Positions 7,828-16,095 of a stretch of 58,112 nt of DNA are shown piece by piece (the stretch's first letter is position 1; every line of letters begins with the position of its first letter). Source of the DNA: Microgenomates group bacterium Gr01-1014_7 (lineage in GTDB: Bacteria > Patescibacteriota > Microgenomatia > Daviesbacterales > UBA10151). Below the pieces are notes generated by a model. That model worked only from the letters and a program-made list of their open reading frames with translations. It ran no database searches and had not been told where the DNA came from. The DNA is taken from the NCBI GenBank assembly GCA_007376405.1, contig VMGD01000009.1:1-58112 (forward strand), given 5' to 3'. The position numbers and the translations under genes were made by a program.

Positions 7828-10448
7828 GGTCTAAAATTCCTGTTCCATATATCAAAATCCGCGTCAAGCACTCCGCCAATACAATCAAAGTTTGCTGTTT
7901 GTGTAGTGAGCGGCCCAAATCTTTCATTTCTCCAGATATTAAAGTCTCTAAGATCTGTATTTCCATCACCATTTGCATCCCCTGTGGGCCTTTGTATACA
8001 GACAGCAACAGATGGAGCGGGGGAAGGGGAAACACTGCATTGAGCTACTGTGAAGCTGGGCGGACGAGGAAATTCTCGTTGTTGGGCAGTATCTATACCA
8101 AAACTGTGTCTTCCATCAGTAAATACTCTGAAATGATAGATGGTATTTGGGGTAAGTTGCAAAGCTTGCCCGCCTTGAATACGGTGGAAATTACTTAGGT
8201 TTACTTCCGGAAAAGTAATAGTGGTTGGGTTGAGAGCAGAATAGAATGCATTATAATAATTATCATCGAAGTTTGGCCTGGTTGAAATATCAACATAGAA
8301 ACCAGGTCCGGTAGTTCCATCGGGACGGTTAACTGTTCCAGGTCTTCCTGAAAATACAATTGAACCTCCAGCCTGGGTGGGGCCGGAAACACATGATTGG
8401 ACTCCTGTATGTCCCAAATCAAATATCTGTAAAACCCCGGGGGGAGGGGGAGGAGAAGGTGGTGTAGGAGAAGGTGATGCGGTACAAACGATTAATCTGT
8501 TTGCAGTAATGGTTGTTGGCATGGAACCAGTTAACACCTGTATTTGCCCTCCTGTTCGTTGTACTATCCTTACATAATAGTCAATATTTGGTGTAATACT
8601 TAACGGATCCCCAGGATTTACTGTACCAACAGAAACAAAACCAGAAAAATTAGTTTGAGCAAGAGATGAACTTACGCTTTTTTCAAAAACCTGGCCGGTA
8701 AAGTTATTACTCGAGCTTATTTGAACAAATAAAGTGGAAGGCAAATTGCCACTGCCTACCCAGTTAATGCTGGCAGCGCTGTATGTAGAAGGGTTATTAA
8801 TACAGCTTGGAGGAGTAATTGAATTTATGGTAATTTGTCCTGCAATAGGGGAAGGGGTTGGAGTAGGGGTAAGGGAAGGGGTTGGAGTAGGGGAAAGTAT
8901 TGGAGAATAATTAATACCTGCAGAAAATGGCAAACCTATAGGTACACCTGTATCAGAATAAAACTGGGCGCAGACCCATCTTGATCCGTAGACGGTTCCT
9001 GCCCTTAAACCAGTCAAATCCCATCTATCAATAGTGAATGTGTTTCCGGATCTTGTTCCCCTGGTTGTATTATTCATGTCAATGATCTCAACATTCGACG
9101 GTCCACCTGCAATAATGTTGTCTAAATTATATCTACAGTCAGCATCTGATACACTGCTGACTGATACCCTAACAAAAGTAGGCAAACTTGGTGCCGAAGT
9201 GGGAGAAGGTGTAGGAGTGGCAGATGGTCTGGGGGTAGGACTTGGAGAGGGGGTGGGAGTGGGAGTAGCCGCACCTGCCACCGTAACATTTGCAGTACAC
9301 TCTGCTATTATTTGAGTGCCGGCAGCGTTTCGATTTTGGAAAGTCAATGTATAATTTCCAGCAGGGGTGGAACTTGTAATAGGTATGATGAATGTATAAC
9401 GGGTCTGATTTGGAATTGGGGTGGTGAGTATTCCCCCTTGAGCATTGATGTACCATGAGCAATTACCTCCCGGGTAGACACAGGCAAGATAATCTCCAGC
9501 AGGCGGAGGACCCAACAAAGCAGTAAAAGTGGCTATTTGACCAGCTGTTAATGTGGTTGATGGTGTAACAACTACTGCACATGTACTGGCAGGAGTCGGA
9601 GTTGCAGGAGGAGCAGTAGGAGTTAAAGTTGTTGCGCTGCATTGGGTAGAACAGGCTGAACAGGAAATACAGGTAACTAACCCGTCAGCACTCGATGTAC
9701 CGGGTTGGCAAAGATGAGCGCTACATACAGGTGCACCCGTCCTCCTGTCACAACTGCATGTTTGTCCAGAGCCAGGAGTTATAAGAGGGAATTGGGGGAT
9801 AGTAGGCTGTGGAGAGCAAAAAGGAAGACAACTTGGTGGAGGTGTTGGTCCACAATAGGGAGGACAACTTGGCGAAGGTGGTGGCCCACAATTAGGATAG
9901 CATGGTGGAAGAGTTGACCCTCCTCCTCCCGGCGGATCTCCTGAATACCATGTCATATAGCTTATGGGTTGCAGAGACCCGCAGATCCAACCCTGATCGC
10001 CAAAACAGGGCTGGTTAAATACATCAATCTGAATAGTCCAACCAGGAGCGGTTGGAGCAATTGCAAACCCGGCAGGATTTGCAGGGTCTATGGGATGCCC
10101 CTGGATATCTTGAGTTATTAAACCACTGTTACAATTAGCAACAGGGGGACCCTGACAGGCAAAAACATAAATAAATCTTCCCGGTCCACCTGCACATGTT
10201 CCTGTAGAAGGATTACAACCACTAGCTAACGTAGCTAACGGACTGGAACCAAAAACGTTGGTGTAGTAGCCTGATAAAAATCTTACAGCTCCAGGGGGAA
10301 GCACATCTGCTTTCGGTTTAAAAATTTGAGTTCGCTGGACCAGGTATAAGGTGGCAGGCAAAGCTATTGCCACAATTGCCAAAATTATCCATTGTATGAA
10401 GCCAGCTTCTTGCTTCGCAATAAAGCCTTTATTGTTAAATTGTTTCAT
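7824..10448 (-). CDS. large secreted Cys/Pro-rich surface protein with N-terminal anchor motif and C-terminal dockerin-like module
   Basis: N-terminus ...IVAIALPATLYLVQRTQIFKPKA. C-terminus GDANGDGNTDLRDFNIW. Start taken at the ATG in caATGAAACAATT, which is shared with the paralogous start at 12657. The ORF could extend to 10466. Confidence 0.8.
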   Translation of the reverse strand: MKQFNNKGFIAKQEAGFIQWIILAIVAIALPATLYLVQRTQIFKPKADVLPPGAVRFLSGYYTNVFGSSPLATLASGCNPSTGTCAGGPGRFIYVFACQGPPVANCNSGLITQDIQGHPIDPANPAGFAIAPTAPGWTIQIDVFNQPCFGDQGWICGSLQPISYMTWYSGDPPGGGGSTLPPCYPNCGPPPSPSCPPYCGPTPPPSCLPFCSPQPTIPQFPLITPGSGQTCSCDRRTGAPVCSAHLCQPGTSSADGLVTCISCSACSTQCSATTLTPTAPPATPTPASTCAVVVTPSTTLTAGQIATFTALLGPPPAGDYLACVYPGGNCSWYINAQGGILTTPIPNQTRYTFIIPITSSTPAGNYTLTFQNRNAAGTQIIAECTANVTVAGAATPTPTPSPSPTPRPSATPTPSPTSAPSLPTFVRVSVSSVSDADCRYNLDNIIAGGPSNVEIIDMNNTTRGTRSGNTFTIDRWDLTGLRAGTVYGSRWVCAQFYSDTGVPIGLPFSAGINYSPILSPTPTPSLTPTPTPSPIAGQITINSITPPSCINNPSTYSAASINWVGSGNLPSTLFVQISSSNNFTGQVFEKSVSSSLAQTNFSGFVSVGTVNPGDPLSITPNIDYYVRIVQRTGGQIQVLTGSMPTTITANRLIVCTASPSPTPPSPPPPPGVLQIFDLGHTGVQSCVSGPTQAGGSIVFSGRPGTVNRPDGTTGPGFYVDISTRPNFDDNYYNAFYSALNPTTITFPEVNLSNFHRIQGGQALQLTPNTIYHFRVFTDGRHSFGIDTAQQREFPRPPSFTVAQCSVSPSPAPSVAVCIQRPTGDANGDGNTDLRDFNIWRNERFGPLTTQTANFDCIGGVLDADFDIWNRNFRP
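7827..7991 (-). other. dockerin-like module (first loop canonical, second degenerate)
   Basis: DANGDGNTDLRD fits DxNxDGxxxxxD; the second repeat is DCIGGVLDADFD. Confidence 0.5.
9795..9902 (-). repeat. three tandem 12-aa Cys/Pro repeats (36-nt units)
   Basis: CYPNCGPPPSPS / CPPYCGPTPPPS / CLPFCSPQPTIP. Confidence 0.7.
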
Positions 10449-10462
10449 TGTTAAATTGTTAA

Positions 10463-10873
10463 TCATGGTCTTGGTGTTGGACTGGGACTTGGTGTCGGGC
10501 TTGGATTAACGGTTGTCGGGGATGGAGTAACTGATGGACCGGTACCGGTAGGAGAAGGTGACACAGCAGAAGTAGGAGCCGGACTGCCGGATGGGGAAGG
10601 GGTGGAAGTAGGTTGAGTACCCGGAACATTAGGGGCAGTAATAACTAAATCCACTCTGGCATTACCGTCGGCATCCAGTTTTAAAATAGTCCTATTATTT
10701 CTGGTGGCCACATTAGGCCCGGAAAAAGTTACTCCTCTGGGCGGTTCTACTGCTTTGGATTTTAAAGTCTGTTCCTTTTTGATAAGCTGAAGGCCCAGAG
10801 GAATACCCGTAATTAAAATTAAAAGGATTAAAACAGTTATTAAATTTTTTTTGTTCTTTAAGAAGTCATTCAT
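10463..10873 (-). CDS. small secreted PT-rich protein with the shared N-terminal anchor motif
   Basis: LITVLILLILITGIPLGLQLIKKEQTLKSKA followed by a PT-rich tail. ATGA overlaps on both sides. Confidence 0.7.
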   Translation of the reverse strand: MNDFLKNKKNLITVLILLILITGIPLGLQLIKKEQTLKSKAVEPPRGVTFSGPNVATRNNRTILKLDADGNARVDLVITAPNVPGTQPTSTPSPSGSPAPTSAVSPSPTGTGPSVTPSPTTVNPSPTPSPSPTPRP

Positions 10874-11124
10874 GGATAAGTTAACCTTAATTTAACATTT
10901 GGTTCAGTGCTTACTGGAGTTCCCGCAGCATTAGTGCCAATATCAACAAAGCCGGTACCTGTACGGAAAAATTCCATCGGAGCAGTTCCCGTTGCCCTGG
11001 GTTTAAAAATTTGGGTTTGACGGGCAAGATACATAGTCAGGGGAATAGCTATCAATAAAATAAGCAATCCGATAATAGTTAAAAGCTGCTTTTTAGATTT
11101 AAATAACAAAGTGATCCGCTCCAT
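10870..11124 (-). CDS. small secreted protein with the shared N-terminal anchor motif
   Basis: MERITLLFKSKKQLLTIIGLLILLIAIPLTMYLARQTQIFKPRA. The longer ORF (to 11169) starts at a TTG and adds an implausible 15-aa extension. Confidence 0.55.
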   Translation of the reverse strand: MERITLLFKSKKQLLTIIGLLILLIAIPLTMYLARQTQIFKPRATGTAPMEFFRTGTGFVDIGTNAAGTPVSTEPNVKLRLTYP

Positions 11125-11211
11125 AGGGACTATATTATAATAATGTATTATAGTAGAGGCTTTTGTCAATCCTTAAGGTGCATGTTAAGGGAAGTCTGAA
11201 TTTTTAATAAA

Positions 11212-11257
11212 AACGGCAATCTCAGTTTTTAAATCAATAAGTATTTTAATTGCCGTT
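11212..11257 (-). terminator. hairpin AACGGCAAT-(28 nt)-ATTGCCGTT followed by a T-run on the minus strand, possible terminator after 11306-12385
   Basis: 9-bp perfect stem. The minus-strand sequence continues TTTATTAAAAA. The large loop makes this tentative. Confidence 0.35.
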
Positions 11258-11305
11258 AGTGTTTGTCATTCTGGCTTGTCCCCGATTACAGGTGCAATAA
11301 GGTTA

Positions 11306-12385
11306 TTAACGAGGAAGAAGACCAAAATCTATTATCCAGTCACTGATAGAGCCGTCGTTCCTGGCAGAAGGAAGAGGATAAGTGATAAAAAAACCATTAT
11401 TTGCCGTAGTTAATTCATATTCTGCAGGTACGGTTAAATCCAGCCTGTAGGAACCCGCAGGAAGATTCTGGAAACTGTATCTTCCATCAGATCCGGTGGT
11501 TGTACTGAAGACTTGCCCGTTGGGATAGTTTGCCTGATTTGTTAATTCAACTGACATGTTTGAAAGAGCTTGTTCGCTTGAACTCCTGCTTCTATTTCTA
11601 TTCAAGTCTTCAAAAACGATCCCGGATACTGTATAAGTTCTTTGTGAGGGCGAACTGGACGGGGTAGGACTGGGGTTTGCTGAAATGGACGGCTCAACAA
11701 TAGATCCTGCCGGAGTGAATTCGCATTGGCCTCTGGTAAGGGTAACATGGTCGAACCATCCTGCCCCTCCTCCCGTATCTGATCTAAGATAGATCTTAAA
11801 CTGCGCGCCCTGTCTTGGCGAAATAATTGAATCGTTAAGATAAATATTTTGTTCATCCCAATTCCAGTCAGTTCCGGGGCCGGTGAAACGAAAGACTTTT
11901 TCTTGTCTGGGAGCTGCAACCGATCTAATTCCCACAGTTAACTGGTCACCATAGGTCCGTATTTTGCGGAACACCCGCAAACAAAGCGTTTCACCTTGAT
12001 TAAACGTATCATTAATAGTTTGGGTTAATTGAAATGCTGCTCCCTGGGGGTTAACAATTTTAGCCGACCCTGCCCGGTATCTTGAACGCAGTTCCGCAGG
12101 AGCTACTGCAACAGTTGTATCCTGCTGACAGGGGTATGCACCTGCAGTTTCAGGACGCACTAAACCAAGTGAGTCTTCACAGGTCCAGCTAACTAACCGT
12201 GCGCTTGGCGAGGCAACTTCAAAACTGCCGTTTCGCAACAAGTTTACAGGAGGAGTTTCTTGAGCTTTGGGTTTAAAAACAGTAGTACTTTGGGAGAGTA
12301 TAAGCAGGACAGGGAGAGCTACCAGCAAAATAATAATAGGTATGGCAGGCAATACAAACCCCATTTGTTTTCTTAAAAAGCTCAT
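11306..12385 (-). CDS. secreted protein with shared N-terminal anchor motif, jelly-roll/CBM-like region and C-terminal SdrD-B/Cna-B-like domain
   Basis: N-terminus ...LLVALPVLLILSQSTTVFKPKA. C-terminus YTVSGIVFEDLN...GSDGRYSFQNLPAGSYRLDL. Confidence 0.8.
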   Translation of the reverse strand: MSFLRKQMGFVLPAIPIIILLVALPVLLILSQSTTVFKPKAQETPPVNLLRNGSFEVASPSARLVSWTCEDSLGLVRPETAGAYPCQQDTTVAVAPAELRSRYRAGSAKIVNPQGAAFQLTQTINDTFNQGETLCLRVFRKIRTYGDQLTVGIRSVAAPRQEKVFRFTGPGTDWNWDEQNIYLNDSIISPRQGAQFKIYLRSDTGGGAGWFDHVTLTRGQCEFTPAGSIVEPSISANPSPTPSSSPSQRTYTVSGIVFEDLNRNRSRSSSEQALSNMSVELTNQANYPNGQVFSTTTGSDGRYSFQNLPAGSYRLDLTVPAEYELTTANNGFFITYPLPSARNDGSISDWIIDFGLLPR

Positions 12386-12408
12386 AATTTATAGTGGTCA
12401 TAAAGCAA

Positions 12409-12657
12409 TTAATTTGTCAAGCCCTCTAAATCCCTTATCCTGATAGTTACATCTAAGAAATCAGTATCATAAACTCTTTGTCCATTAACTTCTCTGGTGG
12501 GCAGGGGTGAGCCCTGAGGATCAGTAACCTCAAAAGCATTATATATTTCATTACTGGCTTTGGATTTTAATATTTTTTCAGTCCTGACCAGATAAATAGT
12601 CAGGGGAATAGCTATCAGCAATATTACCAATAAACTTAAACTAATTAATTGTTTCAT
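12409..12657 (-). CDS. small secreted protein with the shared N-terminal anchor motif
   Basis: MKQLISLSLLVILLIAIPLTIYLVRTEKILKSKA. The upstream 19 codons of the long ORF are made of repeat sequence (LRLRSGQA). Confidence 0.6.
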   Translation of the reverse strand: MKQLISLSLLVILLIAIPLTIYLVRTEKILKSKASNEIYNAFEVTDPQGSPLPTREVNGQRVYDTDFLDVTIRIRDLEGLTN

Positions 12658-12659
12658 TG

Positions 12660-12683
12660 CCTGCCCTGAGCGAAGTCGAAGGG
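12660..12683 (-). repeat. 24-bp GC-rich mini-repeat (cccttcgacttcgctcagggcagg on the minus strand)
   Basis: Matches 39121-39145 and 21700-21724. Absent from the otherwise paralogous site at 10436-10470. Confidence 0.6.
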
Positions 12684-12717
12684 TTAAATTGTTAAATTGT
12701 TTTAAATTATTCATAAT

Positions 12718-14562
12718 TTATCTGCATTCATTTCTTCTGTCAATCTGATCATACGCCCAGCTATAAGATATACATCTGGCAGGACATTCAGTTGCTGTAC
12801 CGCAAGCAGCGCCCCTTCCCAAATTCCTTCCTTGAGCAGGGCTTGGAGTGGGAACAGTACATCTGTAATACCCTCCTGCAATACCATATGTGCAGGTAGC
12901 TGGAGGACGGCAGGGAGTGCCGCCAATACTGCATATTTGATTTAGCTCTATGTAGGCAGGGGAAGTAGTGGGAGTTTGAATACTTCCGGGAGTTGGATAA
13001 GTATAACCAGGACCTCTTGGAGGTGTGGGACCTCCACTTCCTTGCGAGCTAACAGTAATGTAAGTATCAACACTCTGACATAAGGGAGTATTGTTTTGAT
13101 CAAAAGCTGTAAACCTGAATACATAATTTCCAATGGCATCAGCTCCGTAGTTGGGATAAGTTACACTCCATATGCCTGTCCGGGAATTAAAGTTTTGCTG
13201 AAAGTTTGGAATATCCGCGGGAGGATTAATGGGTATTCCTCTAAATAACCCTGACCACTGTGCATTTGTTGCTGATGAAGGAATCTGCGTAACTTCAAAA
13301 GTCCCGGTGCCCCCAACTACGATTATAGCCGGATCACTTAAGGAAGAACCTCTACAGTTTATTCCTCCGGTACAGTTAACTTTAAGTGCACAATATGGAA
13401 GTGAGCCTGTAAGGGGGGAAGGGGATGGAAGAACAGTTCCCAGGAAATTTAGATAGTTAAAATTAAATAAAACCGGCCTGGTTGTCCCGTCCGAAAAACC
13501 TATGGTCATATAAACAGGGAAAAGTTGGGGAGTACCAAATGTACCCGGAAGGTTGATGGGGATTTCCATCGTACTTGAATCAAAAGTGCGTCCATTGACG
13601 GATATGGATGTTATTGTTCTGCGCGGAGGAACTGTCGGAGAAGGTGTCGGAGTTGGCGGTAAAACGGGAGCGGTAATAATTAAAGGCTGCGGGTCAGAAT
13701 CCAAAACTTCCTGTGAACCATTTCTATGCATATACGCTACCAGGTTATATGTACCGGGAGAGGTGGCTGGGGGAATTGCTATGATATATAAATTGGGGAT
13801 TACTTCTGAAGCAAGCAAAGCATTAATTTCTTTGGTACTTTTGAATGTACTTTGAGCAAAAGCTTCTTTAATTATTCCGGTCCTTAAACCTACTGGTTCC
13901 AGTGCAAAAATTTCCCTGTACCTGTCCGGGTCGGAAGGATCCAGCCCATCCTCATGCTCAATCAAAAAAACACTAATAATTCCTCCTGCCGCACTCTGAC
14001 CGGGAGAGCCAATAATCTGTACATCAGTATCTACTGCTCCTCCATAGAAGGAAGGTATCAGGGTTGCATACCAGTCCCTAATAGCCCGGGGAAAATTGGG
14101 ATTGGTATTAAAAATACAGGGCGCAAGCCTTGATTCGCTGTAAGTACACATAAAATCAGCAAATCTGTCACTGGTTGGGAATTGAGTATTAAAACTATTG
14201 AAAAGGCATCTTAAACTTAAATTAATATCTGTTGTCGGCCGGGTGGGTTCACAACCCAATGCATCAGCATAACCTTCTTCCCCCTGTGCTCCGGATTCTT
14301 CTATCCAAAGAGTTAAAACAAAAGCCGGATTCCAGCCATTAGCTATAGACTGGTTAACTATTGTGTCCCAATTTTGCAACTGGGCATTTGGCCATCTTGC
14401 CCGGATCAGGTTTCTTACTGCTTGCGGATTGGCAACCCTTACATCAGTATCCCTAAAGGGGATAGTATAAGTTAATGTCAGAGCATCCGGATTTAGGGAA
14501 TGTGCGTCTTTGGGAATTACAAAAAAGATTATGCTGAAAACAAGTAAAAGTATTAATTTCAT
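12718..14562 (-). CDS. secreted protein, function unknown, Cys-rich C-terminus (first gene of the surface-protein operon)
   Basis: Signal MKLILLLVFSIIFFVIPKDAHS, PT linker, 614 aa. The LWIEESGA segment only faintly resembles a glycosidase catalytic Glu context. Confidence 0.75.
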   Translation of the reverse strand: MKLILLLVFSIIFFVIPKDAHSLNPDALTLTYTIPFRDTDVRVANPQAVRNLIRARWPNAQLQNWDTIVNQSIANGWNPAFVLTLWIEESGAQGEEGYADALGCEPTRPTTDINLSLRCLFNSFNTQFPTSDRFADFMCTYSESRLAPCIFNTNPNFPRAIRDWYATLIPSFYGGAVDTDVQIIGSPGQSAAGGIISVFLIEHEDGLDPSDPDRYREIFALEPVGLRTGIIKEAFAQSTFKSTKEINALLASEVIPNLYIIAIPPATSPGTYNLVAYMHRNGSQEVLDSDPQPLIITAPVLPPTPTPSPTVPPRRTITSISVNGRTFDSSTMEIPINLPGTFGTPQLFPVYMTIGFSDGTTRPVLFNFNYLNFLGTVLPSPSPLTGSLPYCALKVNCTGGINCRGSSLSDPAIIVVGGTGTFEVTQIPSSATNAQWSGLFRGIPINPPADIPNFQQNFNSRTGIWSVTYPNYGADAIGNYVFRFTAFDQNNTPLCQSVDTYITVSSQGSGGPTPPRGPGYTYPTPGSIQTPTTSPAYIELNQICSIGGTPCRPPATCTYGIAGGYYRCTVPTPSPAQGRNLGRGAACGTATECPARCISYSWAYDQIDRRNECR

Positions 14563-14618
14563 ATATACATTTATACAAACATGTTTTAGGTAATCGTGTC
14601 AATCAAGAGGGGATTAAG

Positions 14619-15629
14619 TTATTCTCTTTTTGCTAAAGGGTGATACTTTCGGTGAGTTTCTTGAGCAAATCTATCCGAGGCATTCACATACCTTGTAGTT
14701 GTATTAAGAGATTCATGGCCCAATAAAATTTGAATTGCAGCAGGACTGGCACCCTCTTCAACCAAGTAAGTAGCAAAACCATGCCTAAACGAGTGAGGGG
14801 TAGTAGGAAGATTGATCCTTAAAGCTTCTCTGTATTTTTGAATTATCCCTTCAATATAACGGGCTGTAAGTCGCTGGGGTATACCTTTTCCGGCTGTCTT
14901 ACTTTTAGTTGGTACAAATAGCGCTTGTTCTCGATCCTGTCTCAATTTTAAATAACTCTCCAAGTAAGACTTGGCACGATCGGTTAAATAAACAAATCTT
15001 TGTTTTCTACCTTTACCGGTTATAAAAATCTTACCCTCATCATTTAAATCACGTTTATTTAGATTGACTAATTCGGAAATACGCATCCCCGTAGAAAAAA
15101 GGGTTTCTAAAACTGCTCTATTTCTTGCACCAATCAGCAAGTTTTTTTCCAAACGAGAGGGGCTTTCTATCAAAGCAACTAAATCTTGAAAATCCGCCAC
15201 ATTCGGATGGGGTCTTTCTCTTTTAACCATCTTGAAGAAATCAGGAATAATTGGACAATCATATTCTTGATCGATTAAGAACCTAATGTAGGCTCTCACA
15301 GCTGACAAACATCTGTTAATACTAGTTGCAGTTAATCTGCGTGGCGAATCCTCTTTCAGAAAGGAGGTTTTTCTATCATTTGATGCAAGATAGGCTTTGA
15401 ATTCCAAGACAGAGCGTTTATCTAAATCTTTAATAAATAGGTTTCTCGATTCGAGAAAGTTGTCAAACAACAACAAATCGCTTTTGTAATGGTAAATCGT
15501 CTCAGGAGAATAATTATTGGTTTCCAAAAATAAATAGAAGTCTTCAATTAAATCCAATCTTAAAGCTTTATGATTACCAATACTACTTTTAGGTTCAGAC
15601 ATTTGATTTAAGGGCGTTAAGCCTTTCAA
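14619..15629 (-). CDS. tyrosine recombinase XerC/XerD family (intact)
   Basis: RNRAVLETLFSTGMRISEL, GKGRKQR, HSFRHGFATYL, LLGHESLNTTTRYV (R-K-H-R-H-Y set present). Confidence 0.9.
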   Translation of the reverse strand: MKGLTPLNQMSEPKSSIGNHKALRLDLIEDFYLFLETNNYSPETIYHYKSDLLLFDNFLESRNLFIKDLDKRSVLEFKAYLASNDRKTSFLKEDSPRRLTATSINRCLSAVRAYIRFLIDQEYDCPIIPDFFKMVKRERPHPNVADFQDLVALIESPSRLEKNLLIGARNRAVLETLFSTGMRISELVNLNKRDLNDEGKIFITGKGRKQRFVYLTDRAKSYLESYLKLRQDREQALFVPTKSKTAGKGIPQRLTARYIEGIIQKYREALRINLPTTPHSFRHGFATYLVEEGASPAAIQILLGHESLNTTTRYVNASDRFAQETHRKYHPLAKRE

Positions 15630-16095
15630 AGATTAAATTAAGACCTTGATTTATCGGGTCGATTACAGTCTCAACTCTAGAACGTCCTTTTCCTCCTTTA
15701 AAGTCGCCAGCGGAAGGTCTTAAATAAAAGAATTGATCCCTTTTTATAGAATCTCTTGGAAAAACTAAGAATTTATATAGGGAGAGATCCTCCTCAAGTA
15801 ACACAAAAACATAATAATCCGATATTGATCTCTTTAATGCTCCAAATTGCCAACCTGAAGCATATGCCTTATCTGCGCTTTCTTTAACATAACTATATGT
15901 AGAACGCTTACAGTTTCTGCTATAAACTGCTGTTTTCACTTCTAGAGTAATATTTCCTTCTACGATTATATCTGCCAAGCTATTTATATTGTGATTACCT
16001 AAAATATAACAGTTAAAACCTTTTTTAAGTATTTCGGAATAGAGGAGTGCTTCACCTAATTTTCCCAAAATAGTTCTACCAGAGGAGTTTCTCAT
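15595..16095 (-). CDS. PD-(D/E)XK nuclease-fold protein (PDDEXK_5-like)
   Basis: GKLGEALLYSEILKKGF...ADIIVEGNITLEVKT gives a D..E.K arrangement. Overlaps the Xer gene start. Confidence 0.6.
   Translation of the reverse strand: MRNSSGRTILGKLGEALLYSEILKKGFNCYILGNHNINSLADIIVEGNITLEVKTAVYSRNCKRSTYSYVKESADKAYASGWQFGALKRSISDYYVFVLLEEDLSLYKFLVFPRDSIKRDQFFYLRPSAGDFKGGKGRSRVETVIDPINQGLNLIFERLNALKSNV

Noticed and set aside
11125-11169. Promoter TTGACA ... TATAAT upstream of the 10870-11124 gene
   Set aside because: The hexamers are present, but the spacings are 11 and 24 nt, neither compatible with a sigma70-type promoter. It is used only as a weak argument against the TTG start.
12718-14562. Calling the 614-aa secreted protein a lytic transglycosylase or muramidase from the LWIEESGA segment
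   Set aside because: A single Glu-Ser context without the following SLT motifs is insufficient, so it is left as function unknown.
14563-14618. Promoter for the surface-protein operon (TTGACA ... TATAAA on the minus strand)
   Set aside because: The spacer is about 21 nt, which is too long, so it is not reported as a feature.
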